Positions 63,641 to 64,000 of a DNA stretch of 64,000 bases are shown here, piece after piece (within the stretch, counting starts at the first letter, position 1; every line of letters starts with the position of its first letter). The DNA is taken from contig CM052816.1 of assembly GCA_028534125.1 (NCBI GenBank), positions 100,628,001 through 100,692,000 of the forward strand, given 5' to 3'. Under the pieces are notes generated by a model that saw nothing but the letters and a program-made list of their open reading frames with translations, was not told the origin of the DNA and did not search any database. The DNA comes from Lama glama (lineage: Eukaryota). Made by a program: the position numbers and the translations under genes.

Positions 63641-64000
63641 AGGATTCTCTGGGGTGTTTTATGTTTTTCTCCGCATCATGTGTTTCTGGGGACCACCGGG
63701 GAAGCCACTTCCTGACTCTTCCTGGGATAACATCCTAGCCCAGGGCCCCTGGAGTGAGCATATTTTTAGTCACATTTGATTCTCAAATTCTGTAAACACA
63801 GGTGCACCGTGTTCGTGAAATCTGTCTACTCTTCACAGGCATTTGGCTTAATCTTTTTTAAAAAAGCTGAAATATTGTGTTGCTATCTTTAAAGGGCCCA
63901 GAGAATAGAGAAAACCCTATAAGCGGTACAGGTCGGTCCCCCTTCGGGTCTGCTCTGCTGCGAGCGTCCAAGGCAGGCCAGCACGGTGTCCCCTGGTAGC

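Noticed and set aside
1..64000. Hundreds of 60-300 aa ORFs
   Set aside because: They are Pro/Arg/Gly/Ala-rich, overlap on both strands and show no recognisable domains, as expected by chance in GC-rich vertebrate DNA. Only L1 ORF2 remnants are recognisable. Short spliced exons cannot be excluded without alignment.

Overview
Mammalian, not microbial, genomic DNA, most likely camelid: it has a tRNA-Ala-derived Vic-1-like SINE, cetartiodactyl-type L1 3' UTRs, and no Bov-A/CHR/PRE1 SINEs that I could see. It is GC- and CpG-rich and contains two 500-N scaffold gaps. I found no supportable protein-coding exon or RNA gene. The many ORFs are chance products of GC-rich, repeat-derived sequence; the only recognisable peptides are decayed LINE-1 ORF2 remnants. 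The window looks like intergenic or intronic DNA containing (i) old and lineage-specific transposon remnants (L1, HAL1, L2, MIR, MER81, MER58A, MER5, LTRs) and (ii) AT-rich, homeobox/GATA/FOX-motif-dense non-repeat islands (densest at 20-26.6 kb) that resemble conserved developmental enhancers. The most notable signals are strong, patchy AT->GC conversion of old repeats, consistent with GC-biased gene conversion, two small 5'-inverted (twin-primed) L1 insertions with recognisable target-site duplications, and the candidate enhancer cluster. I found no evidence for a new biological system. Repeat family calls rest on remembered consensus sequences and need RepeatMasker/Dfam confirmation; boundaries are approximate unless a TSD is given.
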